64,000 bases of DNA from a virus: the IMG/VR virus record IMGVR_UViG_3300048999_000192, positions 64,001 through 128,000 of that record; one strand, written 5' to 3'. Positions 8,824 through 18,700 of this stretch are shown piece by piece. A program made the position numbers and the translations under genes. Below the pieces are notes generated by a model that was not told the DNA's origin, ran no database searches, and saw only the letters and a program-made list of their open reading frames with translations. Every line of letters begins with the position of its first letter. The stretch's first letter is position 1.

Positions 8824-9342
8824 GTGGCTGACAAGGAGCCCCAGACCCGCTGCGAGGAGTGCGAGGAGCCGCATCGCGCCGAGCAGGACGAGGACGGTCA
8901 GCTCGTGATCCTGGCGCATGAGAGCCCGTTCGGCCTGGTCGGCGAGCGTCACCCGATCTGCGAGGGCTCGCACCGGCCGCCGCTCAACCCCCGCCCCTTC
9001 CTCGTGCGCGGCAACATGCCGTTCGTCATCCGGATCGCGGAGGCCAAGAGCGCCGATGACGCCGCCCGCCAGGTCGAGCATGCCGAGGGCCACCTGAACA
9101 TCGAGTACGACGGGCTCGAAATCGAGAGCGTCGTCTCCGCCGACAAGGTCGACGACCTGGACGCCCCCGACGAGCGCCGTACGTGCCAGCGCGAAGGGTG
9201 CGGTCACCTGGTCGAGGACCACTTCGGCAACTACATGGACCGCGACGACGACGGCAAGGTCCGCAACCCCGACGCCTGCTGCCACTGGCGCTGCCCGTGC
9301 CCGCGCCCCTACACCTCGATCCTGAAGGAGCTCCTCACGTGA
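8824..9342 (+). CDS. Cys/His-rich hypothetical protein (putative Zn-binding)
   Basis: CEEC..H..C and CQREGCGH..H..CCHWRCPC. Confidence 0.6.
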   Translation: MADKEPQTRCEECEEPHRAEQDEDGQLVILAHESPFGLVGERHPICEGSHRPPLNPRPFLVRGNMPFVIRIAEAKSADDAARQVEHAEGHLNIEYDGLEIESVVSADKVDDLDAPDERRTCQREGCGHLVEDHFGNYMDRDDDGKVRNPDACCHWRCPCPRPYTSILKELLT

Positions 9343-9848
9343 CCATGACCACTGACAACACCCCGCTCAGCGCGGTGAACGCCCTGATCGGCTGGTACGC
9401 CCAGAACGTGCCCGCGCTCCAGGTGCTGGCTGCCGAGCAGGGCATCACGCTGGACGAGCTCGTGCCCAGGATCCTGAACGAAGCCATGGCCGCCAACGGG
9501 CTGGCCATGGTCGAGGTGAGTCCCGAGATCGAGCCCGGTGTGCTGCAGGTGCAGGACATCCGGCTGGAGACCGGCAGCCGCCGGATCTGGCAGGACGGCA
9601 AGGAGATCGACCTGCCCCGCCTGCAGTTCGACGTGCTGGCGCTGCTCATGCGCCGGGCAGGCCACGTGGTGCGCCGCCGGGAGGTGGCCACCGAGGTCTG
9701 GGAGGACTACCACGGCACCGTGACCAAGTCGATGGACATGCACATCTCCTGGATCCGTAAGGCTCTGGGCGATGACCCCAAGGGCCCCGGCCACTGCCGC
9801 TACATCACCACCGTGCGCGGCGTCGGCTGGAGGATCGAGCGCGGATGA
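9339..9848 (+). CDS. OmpR/PhoB-type winged-helix DNA-binding protein lacking a receiver domain
   Basis: QFDVLALLMRRAGHVVRR..EVW..TKSMDMHISWIRKALGDD..YITTVRGVGWR, a Trans_reg_C signature. Confidence 0.85.
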   Translation: MTMTTDNTPLSAVNALIGWYAQNVPALQVLAAEQGITLDELVPRILNEAMAANGLAMVEVSPEIEPGVLQVQDIRLETGSRRIWQDGKEIDLPRLQFDVLALLMRRAGHVVRRREVATEVWEDYHGTVTKSMDMHISWIRKALGDDPKGPGHCRYITTVRGVGWRIERG

Positions 9849-10132
9849 GCGGCGGCTCCTACAACTACCTGTGCCACGCCATGCGCGATGGCAACCTCTC
9901 CCAGTACGAGGGGGAGATGCAGCGGATGGCCGCGCGCCTGCGGGAGCTGGGTCATCCGGAGGCCGCCGACGGCACCGACATCGTCCTGAGCGTGCTGGAC
10001 GCCGCTGAGAGGGCCGCCATGGCCCTGGAGGACGTCTGGCACGCCGTGGAGTGGCTCGACTCGAACGACTCCGACGAGGAGGCCGTGGCCGAGGCCGTCG
10101 AGGCCTATCGAGAGAAGAGGCAGCGCCCGTGA
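9845..10132 (+). CDS. Hypothetical phage protein
   Basis: MSGGSYNYL start; coupled. Confidence 0.7.
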   Translation: MSGGSYNYLCHAMRDGNLSQYEGEMQRMAARLRELGHPEAADGTDIVLSVLDAAERAAMALEDVWHAVEWLDSNDSDEEAVAEAVEAYREKRQRP

Positions 10133-10229
10133 TCGACAAGGTGCTCAGGATCCTGATCATCGTCTGCTGTGCCCTGATGATCATCTTCACCGTCATGGCG
10201 CTGGTGGCGCAGTACACCCATACGGCCTG

Positions 10230-10514
10230 GTGAGCATGGGCAAGCACCCCACGTACGGCATCCGCGTCATGCGCACCCCGCTGGGCAGCTACTACTGGGA
10301 CGCCGAGATGGCCGACCTGAGCTTCCTGCCCCCGTACAAGCGCATCCGGCGTGACTTCCGTGACCTGCGGCACCCCGACGACGTACGCATGGTCCCCCAC
10401 CGGCACCCGAACACGCTGGAGGGGGCCGTGATGTGCGCCAGCCAGATGTCCGCAGGTCACGCTCGCAGCCTGCTCGCCGGGGATGACCCCGCCGAATGGA
10501 AGAAGGCCCGATGA
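10230..10514 (+). CDS. Hypothetical protein
   Basis: Coupled ORF. Confidence 0.55.
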   Translation: MSMGKHPTYGIRVMRTPLGSYYWDAEMADLSFLPPYKRIRRDFRDLRHPDDVRMVPHRHPNTLEGAVMCASQMSAGHARSLLAGDDPAEWKKAR

Positions 10515-11131
10515 AGCTGAGCATCCACAAGGGGTCGCCCCAGGACGACCCGCCGCTGAACCTGAGGACGGTCGTGCACGCCGAAGAGCTGAGCAACGCC
10601 TACGACGCCTACAGGGCGATCGACGAGCTCTCGCACCTGCGCGATGAGCCCGGGATCCAGTTCGTCGGCGGCGAAGGCTCCCTGGACGCGCCCGTCATGA
10701 TCATCGGCGAGGCCCCCGGCGAGGTGGAGAACGAGCAGGGCCGCCCGTTCGTCGGCCCCTCCGGCGTGCTGCTGCGCAAGCAGCTTCACCGCATCGGCCT
10801 CACCGAGTACGAGGTGTTCCTGACCAACGTGGTGAAGTACCGGCCGCCGGGCAACCGCACCCCGCTGTACTTCGAGGTCGAGCTGTCCCGCGCCTGCCTG
10901 GACGAGGAGATCCGGCTCATCCAGCCCGACCTGGTCATCCTGGCCGGGCGCACGCCGCTCTCCCTGATCCACCACAACGGCTCGATCACCGAGCACCAGG
11001 GCAAGCCGATCATGTTCGAAGAGCGGCTGTGGCTGCCGATCTTCCACCCCTCGGCCGCACTGCGGGACGACACGACCATGGAGGCCTTCCGCGCCTCCTT
11101 CGACCTGATAGGAGCGCTCATCAGTGGATGA
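10511..11131 (+). CDS. Uracil-DNA glycosylase family 4-like
   Basis: IIGEAPG, GRPFVGPSG, TNVVKYRPPGNRTP, PIFHPSAALR motifs. Confidence 0.9.
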   Translation: MKLSIHKGSPQDDPPLNLRTVVHAEELSNAYDAYRAIDELSHLRDEPGIQFVGGEGSLDAPVMIIGEAPGEVENEQGRPFVGPSGVLLRKQLHRIGLTEYEVFLTNVVKYRPPGNRTPLYFEVELSRACLDEEIRLIQPDLVILAGRTPLSLIHHNGSITEHQGKPIMFEERLWLPIFHPSAALRDDTTMEAFRASFDLIGALISG

Positions 11132-11402
11132 GGAACCCGAGGGCGGCATGACCCGGGCCGACTGGATCCGGGTGGTGTGCTGGCTGGCCTGCTGGGGCGT
11201 GGGCTTCTGGCTGCTGGAGTACGCCCGCTTCGACCATCACAACCCCCTTGGCGCACTGGCCTACCTGGTGGGCGTGGTGTGCCTGTGCGAGAGGAGCAAG
11301 CCCAATGGGACTTCGGCGCGGCCGGAGGAGTAAGCGCGGTCGGCGGGGCTTCTGGGAGTTCATCCTGGAGGTCACCTCCGAGGCGATCGACACGATCATC
11401 TG

Positions 11403-11750
11403 GTGGTCATGACAATGCATCTCAATCTCTCGGCCGGGTCGCTCCTGGCCAACGCGGGCATCCTCATCCTGCTCGTCGCGATCCTCATCCGCTACGTGCT
11501 GCAGCGCCCGCGCGGCTGGCAGTGGCCGAGCTGGGTCCAGTCGATCATCGGCCTGGTCTCCTCGGTGATGATCCTGGCGGGTGTGCGCATGGAGGGGCAG
11601 GGCTGGGACTGGTTCATCGCGGTCATGGTCGGGGTCTGGGTCCTGCTGCTCGTCTGGGACCTGATCAGGATCTGGCGTGAGCACCGCGACACCGCCGGTA
11701 CCGCCCTCGTGGAGGAGTACGAGGTCCCCCAGGATCACACCGGCTCCTGA
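11403..11750 (+). CDS. Membrane protein (3 TM)
   Basis: Hydrophobic helices; start uncertain. Confidence 0.6.
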   Translation: MVMTMHLNLSAGSLLANAGILILLVAILIRYVLQRPRGWQWPSWVQSIIGLVSSVMILAGVRMEGQGWDWFIAVMVGVWVLLLVWDLIRIWREHRDTAGTALVEEYEVPQDHTGS

Positions 11751-11762
11751 CATTCTTGGAGT

Positions 11763-11810
11763 GATGATTTTAAAATCATCTTGCTCTCCCTACAATCCTT
11801 GGAGTACAGT
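11763..11810 (+). promoter_or_regulatory. Early promoter with upstream AT-rich palindrome
   Basis: GATGATTTTAAAATCATC (perfect 18-bp palindrome) then TTGCTC-N18-TACAGT containing CTTGGAG. Confidence 0.75.
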
Positions 11811-11871
11811 CCGGTATGTCACTTCAGGATTGTGGGGAGAGCCTCTGGGCAAATCCCCCGAGAGGACCAAC

Positions 11872-12432
11872 ATGCCGACGCCTGACCGTTATGAGCTGCG
11901 CGCGGGCTCGGGGGAGACCTGGGAGGTGTGGGATCACTTCCTGCACCGGCCCATCGCTGGCTATCCGGTCGATGACTGGCCCGAGGCGACGCGGATGGTC
12001 TACCACGGCAACGCCGATCACCAGCAGGAGGTGCGGGAGGCGCATGAGCAGGCCATCGCCTACCACCTGCGCCTGTACCCGCCGCCGTCCACCCGCTACC
12101 AGGTCGTGAGCGACTGGTACGCCACCCTGGTGACGGATGAGCTGGAGGGCCGCGTGGTGGCCGAGGGCTTCAAGGGCGATGAGGGCAAGGCCCACGCCAG
12201 CGAGATCGCCGACAAGCTCAACGCCGACGACACCCGCCGGGCCGACCACGAGCGCCGCAAGGCCAGGTACGGACCTTGCCGCTCCTGGCGTATCCACTGG
12301 GCCCGCTGGCGGCCGGTCATCTCCCGCTGCACCTGGCCCGCCGACCACGTGGAGTTCACCCGCTGGCACTGCTCCGAGGACACCACCGGCCGTATCTGGC
12401 AGGTCGGCGAGCATGAGAGGAAGGAGTTCTGA
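11872..12432 (+). CDS. Hypothetical protein
   Basis: GAGAGGA RBS then ATG (MPTPDRY...). Confidence 0.65.
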   Translation: MPTPDRYELRAGSGETWEVWDHFLHRPIAGYPVDDWPEATRMVYHGNADHQQEVREAHEQAIAYHLRLYPPPSTRYQVVSDWYATLVTDELEGRVVAEGFKGDEGKAHASEIADKLNADDTRRADHERRKARYGPCRSWRIHWARWRPVISRCTWPADHVEFTRWHCSEDTTGRIWQVGEHERKEF

Positions 12433-13100
12433 TGCGGCTCACCGAGGCCGACAAGCTGCAGGCCTACACCCTGGCCATGCACCAGCTCGTGGGGGCCATG
12501 GCCAACATCCAGTCGATGGTGCGCCTGGCCAAGCAGGGCGAGATCAACCTGATGGATCCCGAGTGGCTCGAACGGCTCGACCACACTGCCAATGGCGAGC
12601 GCACCAAGGCGTCCATGAGCCCGGTGGACACCTACGCCAAGCGGCTGCGTAAAGAGGCCGTGCTCGGTCCTGTCGTCGTGAGCGAGCTCCTGGGCACCCA
12701 CCGGCGCGAGTCCACCACCCCCTTCGAGCAGCAGGGCGCACTGATCGTGGACTGCTCCTGCGGGCAGACCTACGTGGTGCCCGCCAGGGGTGATGAGTAC
12801 GGGACGCTGGAGCTCGCGCAGCGCAACCACGTCGGTGGCGTCACCTTCGAGCCGGGCAGGCACGGGGAGACCTACTGGCTGCGCGCCACCGAGAGCGGGT
12901 TCTACTCCCAGGTGAGCCTGGAGCAGTGGTGCCAGGCCGAGCGGGGCGCGGGCTTCCATCCCAAGCCCGGCTGCGGACCGACGGCGACTGGAGGCTTCTC
13001 CAGCGGTGGCCTGAGCGGCACCGCCCAGTACCCCGAGACCGTGCTGCGGCTGTGGGAGAGGGAGCAGGGGGATCTGAATGACGGTCAAGCAGGACTATGA
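12432..13100 (+). CDS. Hypothetical protein
   Basis: TGATG-coupled; AAGGAG RBS. Confidence 0.7.
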   Translation: MRLTEADKLQAYTLAMHQLVGAMANIQSMVRLAKQGEINLMDPEWLERLDHTANGERTKASMSPVDTYAKRLRKEAVLGPVVVSELLGTHRRESTTPFEQQGALIVDCSCGQTYVVPARGDEYGTLELAQRNHVGGVTFEPGRHGETYWLRATESGFYSQVSLEQWCQAERGAGFHPKPGCGPTATGGFSSGGLSGTAQYPETVLRLWEREQGDLNDGQAGL

Positions 13101-13419
13101 GCTCATGGCCCGCCAGGGCAGGGAGCTGGCGGACATCCGCGCGATGCGTAACCAGGCCACCCAGGCGCTGAACATGGAGATCGCCCGCGTCAAGCGGGTG
13201 GCCATCAGTGCGGCCGAGAGCATGATCGAGGACCTGCAGCACCTCGTCTCGATCATGAGCCATGGGGACAGCGACGCCAGGCAGGCCCGCAGTATGGCCG
13301 TCGACTACGCGATGCTCCTGGAGCGCATGGCCCGCCTGGAGGGGCTGCAGCGCGCCATGGTCGTACTGGACTCCCGCACCCCGGACGAGCTGGCCGAGAC
13401 GGGGGAGGCGAGGACGTGA
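13078..13419 (+). CDS. Coiled-coil hypothetical protein
   Basis: Helical composition; coupled. Confidence 0.6.
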   Translation: MTVKQDYELMARQGRELADIRAMRNQATQALNMEIARVKRVAISAAESMIEDLQHLVSIMSHGDSDARQARSMAVDYAMLLERMARLEGLQRAMVVLDSRTPDELAETGEART

Positions 13420-13977
13420 AGGACTTCCTCTACCGGCTGCTCATGAGCATGGCCGGTGCCACCTATGAGGAGTGGCAGGCCTACTACGCCGCCCACCCGC
13501 GCCCCGGCGACCAGGAGGGCGAGGCGTCGTGATCACCACCCTGGTCGTGATCAACGTCATCGACCTCGCGCTGATCGTCGTCCTCGTCGCCCTGCCGTTC
13601 CGGCGTGCGGCCAGGCGCGAGCGGGCGCGGGAGCGCATGCGCAAGCAGATCGGAGCCTCCCGGTGAACCTGCTCATCGCCATCCTGATCATCGCCGCCGT
13701 CGGCATCGCCTTCTCGATCTGGCTCTTCGTCGAGAACATGAGCGCCAAGCGCGAGGCCGACCGGCTCTACGCCGAGTACCAGGCGCGGATGAAGGTCCTG
13801 CTGGCCGACGTGGACGAGCACCTCGCCCGCGTCTACGCGGGGGAGAAGGTCATCCAGGGGGTCGTGGAGGAGTTCGGTCCGCCTACCCGGCCCCAGTCCC
13901 CCAAGAACAGCTCCTAGGCCCGCACAGGGCTTCTCCTGCGCGCGGAGGCCTATCCGCGCCTGACCCCGAAAGGAACC

Positions 13978-14352
13978 ATGGACATCTCCCTGCTGCTGCT
14001 GCGCACCGGCATGGCCCTGACCGTCGGCTGCTGGATCATGCTCACCTTCACGGTGATGCGGGTCATCCTGGCCGAGGAGGCCGAGAAGAAGATCAACGAG
14101 ATGGTGAGGAACTTCGGTGCGATCGACCAGATCGCCGGGGCGTTCCTGGTGGCGACGGGCCTGATCTTCGGTGCCTCCCTCGCCCGCCACGAGCAGGTCT
14201 GGATGATCGCCTCGGGCCTGGGCGGCATCCTCATGACGGCGGCCTGGATCTCGCGGCTGGCCAGCAAGTGGCGGCACCGCAACTGCACCGAGGATGAGTG
14301 TGCGGTCGAGGCCAAGGATGAGGCCGACGAAGAGGACGAACCGACCGAGTGA
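13978..14352 (+). CDS. Membrane protein (3 TM)
   Basis: AAAGGA RBS; hydrophobic helices. Confidence 0.7.
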   Translation: MDISLLLLRTGMALTVGCWIMLTFTVMRVILAEEAEKKINEMVRNFGAIDQIAGAFLVATGLIFGASLARHEQVWMIASGLGGILMTAAWISRLASKWRHRNCTEDECAVEAKDEADEEDEPTE

Positions 14353-14512
14353 CCTGGCCCTGCGAAGCCCCCGTGGAGTGATCCCGGGGGCTTCGTCACG
14401 CTCTGCACACCCGGTGTTTTCCCAGCTAGATGTGCGGGTCGCGGGCGCGCGAGAAGCCAACCATATCGGGCACGTTCTGACCTGCGCAACTCACTCTCTG
14501 TGACCTGGCTCA

Positions 14513-14572
14513 GCAATCATTTTAAAATCATTGCCAGAACCGCTTCTCTCCCCACAATCCTTGGAGTAGAGT
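14513..14572 (+). promoter_or_regulatory. Early promoter with AT-rich palindrome
   Basis: GCAATCATTTTAAAATCATTGC then ...CAATCCTTGGAG-TAGAGT. Confidence 0.7.
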
Positions 14573-14964
14573 GGTCACTACCACCCCGAAGAGATGAGGC
14601 CCCGATGGACGAGATGGCCCAGATGTACGTGGACGCTCGTGAGGCGACCACCACGGTGAACAGCGCGCTGGCCTCGGGCATGCGCAACGCCCAGAAGCCC
14701 GACAGCATCGCCAAGATGCGCGCCGCCGCCGCTGCCCTGCTCGCCCTCGCCGACGCGGCCGACGCCCGATGAGCGGCTGCCGAGGATGCACGGGCACCTG
14801 CTGCACCGGACTGGGCAGTGACCCGTGCGTCTGCCCGGACGAGGACTACACCGACGACGGCGACCAGCTCAGTCCCGACCAGCGCGCCGCCGAGGCGCGA
14901 CTGGCCCGCCGGGCCCTGGGCCTGTAGATCTCCACCCACACCCCCACGAAGCGAGGAGACCGCG

Positions 14965-15297
14965 ATGGGCAAGCGCGTGTACTGCGAGACGGAGGTCAGC
15001 CGTGTCGGCAGGACCTTGATCTGCTCGAAGGAGGCGGGCCACGACAACGGCACCAACCCCGAGGAGATCGTTCACTACGACGCCACCGCGCGCCAGCACT
15101 TCGACTACCCCGGCAAGATCCGGATCATCATCGACATCCCCGGCCTGGACGCCGACGTCGTGATCGACGAGGACGTGCCGGACAACTACGGGGCGATGAG
15201 CGAGGACGAGCGGCTGAACTACCGGGGCTACCGCGAGGAGAGCTACCGCGAGCTGATGAACGTGAGCGCCGAGTACGTCGCGCCGGGTGAGGAGTGA
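14965..15297 (+). CDS. Hypothetical protein
   Basis: GAGGAG RBS; MGKRVYCET start. Confidence 0.6.
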   Translation: MGKRVYCETEVSRVGRTLICSKEAGHDNGTNPEEIVHYDATARQHFDYPGKIRIIIDIPGLDADVVIDEDVPDNYGAMSEDERLNYRGYREESYRELMNVSAEYVAPGEE

Positions 15298-15686
15298 TCA
15301 TGAGCTCCCACATCACCCACTGCTGCTTCGAGCACGGCTGCAAGTACAGCGACGACGACTGCCCGGTGGAGACCGGGGCCAAGCGGCAGGAGCACCCCTG
15401 CGAGCAGTGCGACGAGCCCGAGCCGGGCCAGGTCCGCCGGATCGTCGTCCAGGTCACCAACCGCAAGGGCGAGTGGCAGACGGCGGTGCTGCAGACCCCG
15501 CTGGGGCGCCACGGCATCATCCGCAACACCCCGCTGGACTTCACCGAGGGCGAGGTGGAGAGCCCCTACTACGAGGCCTACCAGGGCGGCTGTGCCTACC
15601 GGAAGGCCAACCCCGACGCCGAGCTCCGCGTGATCGAGATCGTGGAGACCCCGATGCTCCACCTGACGGCCCTGGTCCTGAACTGA
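15294..15686 (+). CDS. Hypothetical protein with N-terminal Cys cluster
   Basis: HCCFEHGCKY..CPV..CEQC. Confidence 0.65.
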   Translation: MIMSSHITHCCFEHGCKYSDDDCPVETGAKRQEHPCEQCDEPEPGQVRRIVVQVTNRKGEWQTAVLQTPLGRHGIIRNTPLDFTEGEVESPYYEAYQGGCAYRKANPDAELRVIEIVETPMLHLTALVLN

Positions 15687-15730
15687 CCCTCCCAGAGCGA
15701 GCCCGGCCTCTCCCGCAGGGGCCGGGCTTC

Positions 15731-15788
15731 AATCATTTTAAAATCTTTGCTCGGATCTCTTCTCTCCCCAGAATCCTTGGAGTAGAGT
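15731..15788 (+). promoter_or_regulatory. Early promoter with AT-rich element
   Basis: AATCATTTTAAAATC ... GAATCCTTGGAG-TAGAGT, directly after a hairpin terminator. Confidence 0.7.
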
Positions 15789-15821
15789 GGGGTTATCACC
15801 CCGAAGAGCGAGGAGCCCACC

Positions 15822-16331
15822 ATGAGCCGCACCCCCACCACCACGCAGGCCACCCGCTACGCCCAGTACGCCACCGAGGTGTCCGCCGACGGCAGCCGCT
15901 ACGAGATCACCAAGGTCGGCTACACCGCCAAGCACCCGATCAACTGGATCGACGGTCTCAAGGACCGCGCCAGCGCCTGGGCCTGGGCCCGCTGCCAGGA
16001 CCTGCCGGTCGTCTACTGCGACGCCACCGACCTGGCTGACACCAACGCGATCATGGAGCTCGGTGTGGTCTTCGACCCCCAGGAGTTCGAGAAGGTCGCC
16101 TACTCCGGCTACGTCGGCTACGGCTTCTCGATGAGCGACGGCTACTACGCCCCCATCCAGTTCGAGAGCTGGGTCAAGAGCTTCCGCTCCACCGTCGCCG
16201 CCGCCCACGTCGAGCTGGCCGACGGTGACGAGTCCGGCCGCCACCACATCTGGGACGGCAACGACGCCCCCAAGTGCACCAAGCGGGCGCTGGGCACCTA
16301 CGCCGACCTCCTCTTCCGCGCCACCCGATAG
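15822..16331 (+). CDS. Hypothetical protein
   Basis: GAGGAG RBS; strongly biased codons. Confidence 0.75.
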   Translation: MSRTPTTTQATRYAQYATEVSADGSRYEITKVGYTAKHPINWIDGLKDRASAWAWARCQDLPVVYCDATDLADTNAIMELGVVFDPQEFEKVAYSGYVGYGFSMSDGYYAPIQFESWVKSFRSTVAAAHVELADGDESGRHHIWDGNDAPKCTKRALGTYADLLFRATR

Positions 16332-16387
16332 ACCGCCCGGCCCCGCCCACCCGGGCGGGGCCTCCCTGCTTCCCGAAGGAGCACACC

Positions 16388-16600
16388 ATGATCACTCGCG
16401 AGGTCGGCGGGATCACCGTCACCCGGCACGGGATCGGCAACTGGTCGATCGGCCACCCGGCCAACAACCAGATCACCGGCCTGCACGCGCTGAAGGTGGC
16501 GCACACCCTGGAGGTCCACTTGGGCATCCCCAAGGACGACGCCCGCCAGGTCGTCGCCGACATCATGGCCGAAGCCCGCCGTTCGCCCGTGGGGGTCTGA
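16388..16600 (+). CDS. Hypothetical protein
   Basis: AAGGAG RBS. Confidence 0.65.
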   Translation: MITREVGGITVTRHGIGNWSIGHPANNQITGLHALKVAHTLEVHLGIPKDDARQVVADIMAEARRSPVGV

Positions 16601-16602
16601 TC

Positions 16603-16986
16603 ATGGGCATCACCCGCATCACCGACCAGGCCTTGCGGACCGGCGACATCGGCTACGTCTACAACACCGGCCGCTGGGGCGACAAGCCTCTCGTCGAGGG
16701 CGTTCCCGCGCGGGTCGTCTCGGTCGCCCGCAAGTACGCCACCGTCGAGCTGGAGGGCAACGCCAATGCCTACAACGGCACCTTCAAGGTCGACCGGGCG
16801 GAGGGCTTCGCCACCGGCCGGGACTACCGGCGCTTCCTCACCGCGACCGAGGCCGTGCGCGAGGACCGGTTCCACGCGGCGGTCAGGGTCATGCGTCAGT
16901 ACGGCCTCGGCCAGGCCGACATCGGCGGGCGCGTCGAGCTGACCCTGGAGCAGGTCGAGGGGATCGTGGCGGCCCTGCAGGCCTGA
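16603..16986 (+). CDS. Hypothetical protein (possible SH3-like beta-barrel)
   Basis: GDIGYV..ARVVSVARKYATVEL pattern. Confidence 0.6.
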   Translation: MGITRITDQALRTGDIGYVYNTGRWGDKPLVEGVPARVVSVARKYATVELEGNANAYNGTFKVDRAEGFATGRDYRRFLTATEAVREDRFHAAVRVMRQYGLGQADIGGRVELTLEQVEGIVAALQA

Positions 16987-17002
16987 GTCCACCCGCACAC
17001 AC

Positions 17003-17037
17003 CAGAGCGCCCCTGCCATCGCGGCAGGGGCGCTCTG
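17003..17037. terminator. Bidirectional terminator between convergent units
   Basis: Perfect 15-bp stem CAGAGCGCCCCTGCC/GGCAGGGGCGCTCTG. Confidence 0.8.
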
Positions 17038-17045
17038 TGCGTCTC

Positions 17046-17324
17046 TCAGCAGTCCTCTACGTCCTGCACGAGGGTGTAGCCCGTCCGGCGCCACGGGCGG
17101 AAGCGATCGAGGCGGATGCGCGTACGGCGGCCGGGCCGGTTCTGCTCGCCCGGCTTACGGACCTGGCGCGCCTTGTTCTGGGAGACCAGCGCGTAGTCCA
17201 CCAGCTCCCCGCCGACGAACTCCGAGACGATGCCCAGCACCGTCACCTGGCGGCCGTTGGCGCGGTAGTCGTTGTCGGCCCAGACCTGGCCGGTCTTGAC
17301 CTGGGGGAGCGGGGGAGTGGTCAC
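17046..17324 (-). CDS. Hypothetical protein
   Basis: GTG start overlapping upstream stop; GQVWADND motif. Confidence 0.6.
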   Translation of the reverse strand: MTTPPLPQVKTGQVWADNDYRANGRQVTVLGIVSEFVGGELVDYALVSQNKARQVRKPGEQNRPGRRTRIRLDRFRPWRRTGYTLVQDVEDC

Positions 17325-17641
17325 GGGGCGATCCCCACGTCCCAGGAGTAGGTCTGCGGGCCGTCCTCGCCGTCGCTGGCCCACGCGACGAGGCGGGTGT
17401 ACTCCTCGGACTCACCCTGCTCGCCGTCGAGCGCGTACGGCTCGACACCCTCTGCGCTGATCTCGTGCCGCCACACGATCGGGCAGCCGGTGAGCGCCCG
17501 CACGGCCTGGTCGAGGACCCAGTTCTTGTGGTGGCTGCCGTCGATGCCGCCGTACTGGATAATCACTTCCAGGGCCTTGTCGGCGCGTGCCCGCCACTCG
17601 TCTGCGGTCAGGTCGGTGCGGAGCTCGAAGCTGTCTTCCAT
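17321..17641 (-). CDS. Hypothetical phage protein
   Basis: YGGIDGSHHKNWVLDQ..WDVGIAP; TAATG-coupled. Confidence 0.65.
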   Translation of the reverse strand: MEDSFELRTDLTADEWRARADKALEVIIQYGGIDGSHHKNWVLDQAVRALTGCPIVWRHEISAEGVEPYALDGEQGESEEYTRLVAWASDGEDGPQTYSWDVGIAP

Positions 17642-18258
17642 TACGTCTGATCTCCAGCCGTCGTCATGGTCAGGACCTGCACGAAGTCCTCGTCCCCGAG
17701 GGCCTGCAGGCGGTCGCGGAGCAGGTTGTTCTCCGCGTTGAGCTCGCTGATCACCCACTCGCGGTGGGCGTTGAGATCGCGAGTGTCGCGCAGCCGGATC
17801 CTGGCCGACTGGTACAGGCCGAGCCGGACGTGGGCCATCAGGGCGGCGTACGCGCGGTTCTTCTCGATCCGCTGGCCGGTCATGTTGGCGCTCGTCAGGT
17901 CCTCTTCCAGGCGCGCGATCGTCTGGCGCAGCCCGGCGGGCCGGTTCTCCTCGCTGCCGTGCAGCGGGCAATGGTCCTTGGGCCAGTCGTCCGCCTCCCC
18001 GGCATTGCGGTCGCACAGGCACATGGCGTCGTGGAGCTCGAAGTACATGCCCTTCCAGCTCGTGGTCCCCTCGACCTGCTCCAGGAGCTTCTGGATCCTG
18101 GAGACCTGGCCGCTGGCCTCCCGCTCCAGGCGATCGATCTGGGCGTCGCGAGAGAGCAGCTCCCGCTTGACGCTCTCGAACTCCGCACCCTCGCCGACGA
18201 GCTCCTTCAGCCAGTCGTACTGGCTCTCCAGGCGGTCGATGTCGCCCTGCCCGCTCAT
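17641..18258 (-). CDS. Coiled-coil hypothetical protein
   Basis: Coupled ORF; CLC..CPLHG. Confidence 0.65.
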   Translation of the reverse strand: MSGQGDIDRLESQYDWLKELVGEGAEFESVKRELLSRDAQIDRLEREASGQVSRIQKLLEQVEGTTSWKGMYFELHDAMCLCDRNAGEADDWPKDHCPLHGSEENRPAGLRQTIARLEEDLTSANMTGQRIEKNRAYAALMAHVRLGLYQSARIRLRDTRDLNAHREWVISELNAENNLLRDRLQALGDEDFVQVLTMTTAGDQT

Positions 18259-18695
18259 GAGTCGTTCTCCAGCTCGGCGGAGATCTTCAGGGCCTGCAGG
18301 CGGCGCACCTCGGTGTCGAGGCGCTCGAACTCCTCACGCTGCTGGTCGACGCTCAGGCCCGCGACCTTGTGGACGTTGTCGCGCTCGAAGGTGAGCCGGG
18401 CGATCTCCTCGTCCAGGGTCTCGGGGCGGCCGATGCCGCTCAGCGAGAGAGGGTCGAAGAAGCCCGCAGAGCCCCCCTGCGGCTCCGACGGCGCCTCACG
18501 GGCCTCCTTGGGCGGGACCGGGGGCGTGAAGGCCGCACGGTCGTCCTGAGCGTCGGGGAGGGGCAGCAGAGAGGCCCGGTACTGATCCAGGGCCTCGTTG
18601 ACGATGTCGGTCTGGGGGCGGCCGGTGGCGGCGGAGAAGCTCTTGAGCCACGTGACGGACTCGTACTCCAGCCGCGTCTTGTAGTCGGTGCGCAT
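18255..18695 (-). CDS. Putative ribbon-helix-helix DNA-binding protein
   Basis: YKTRLEYESVTWLKSFSAATGRPQTDIVNEALDQY fits an RHH pattern; C-terminal coiled coil. Confidence 0.55.
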   Translation of the reverse strand: MRTDYKTRLEYESVTWLKSFSAATGRPQTDIVNEALDQYRASLLPLPDAQDDRAAFTPPVPPKEAREAPSEPQGGSAGFFDPLSLSGIGRPETLDEEIARLTFERDNVHKVAGLSVDQQREEFERLDTEVRRLQALKISAELENDS

Positions 18696-18700
18696 GGGCC

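Noticed and set aside
14410-14510. TGACCTG-type motifs as an attachment site
   Set aside because: Only short matches, and no integrase or tRNA fragment in the window
11755-15790. Repeated ATTTTAAAATC...CCTTGGAGTA sequences as a CRISPR array
   Set aside because: Copies are kilobases apart, flank genes and contain -10 boxes; there is no repeat-spacer periodicity and no cas gene
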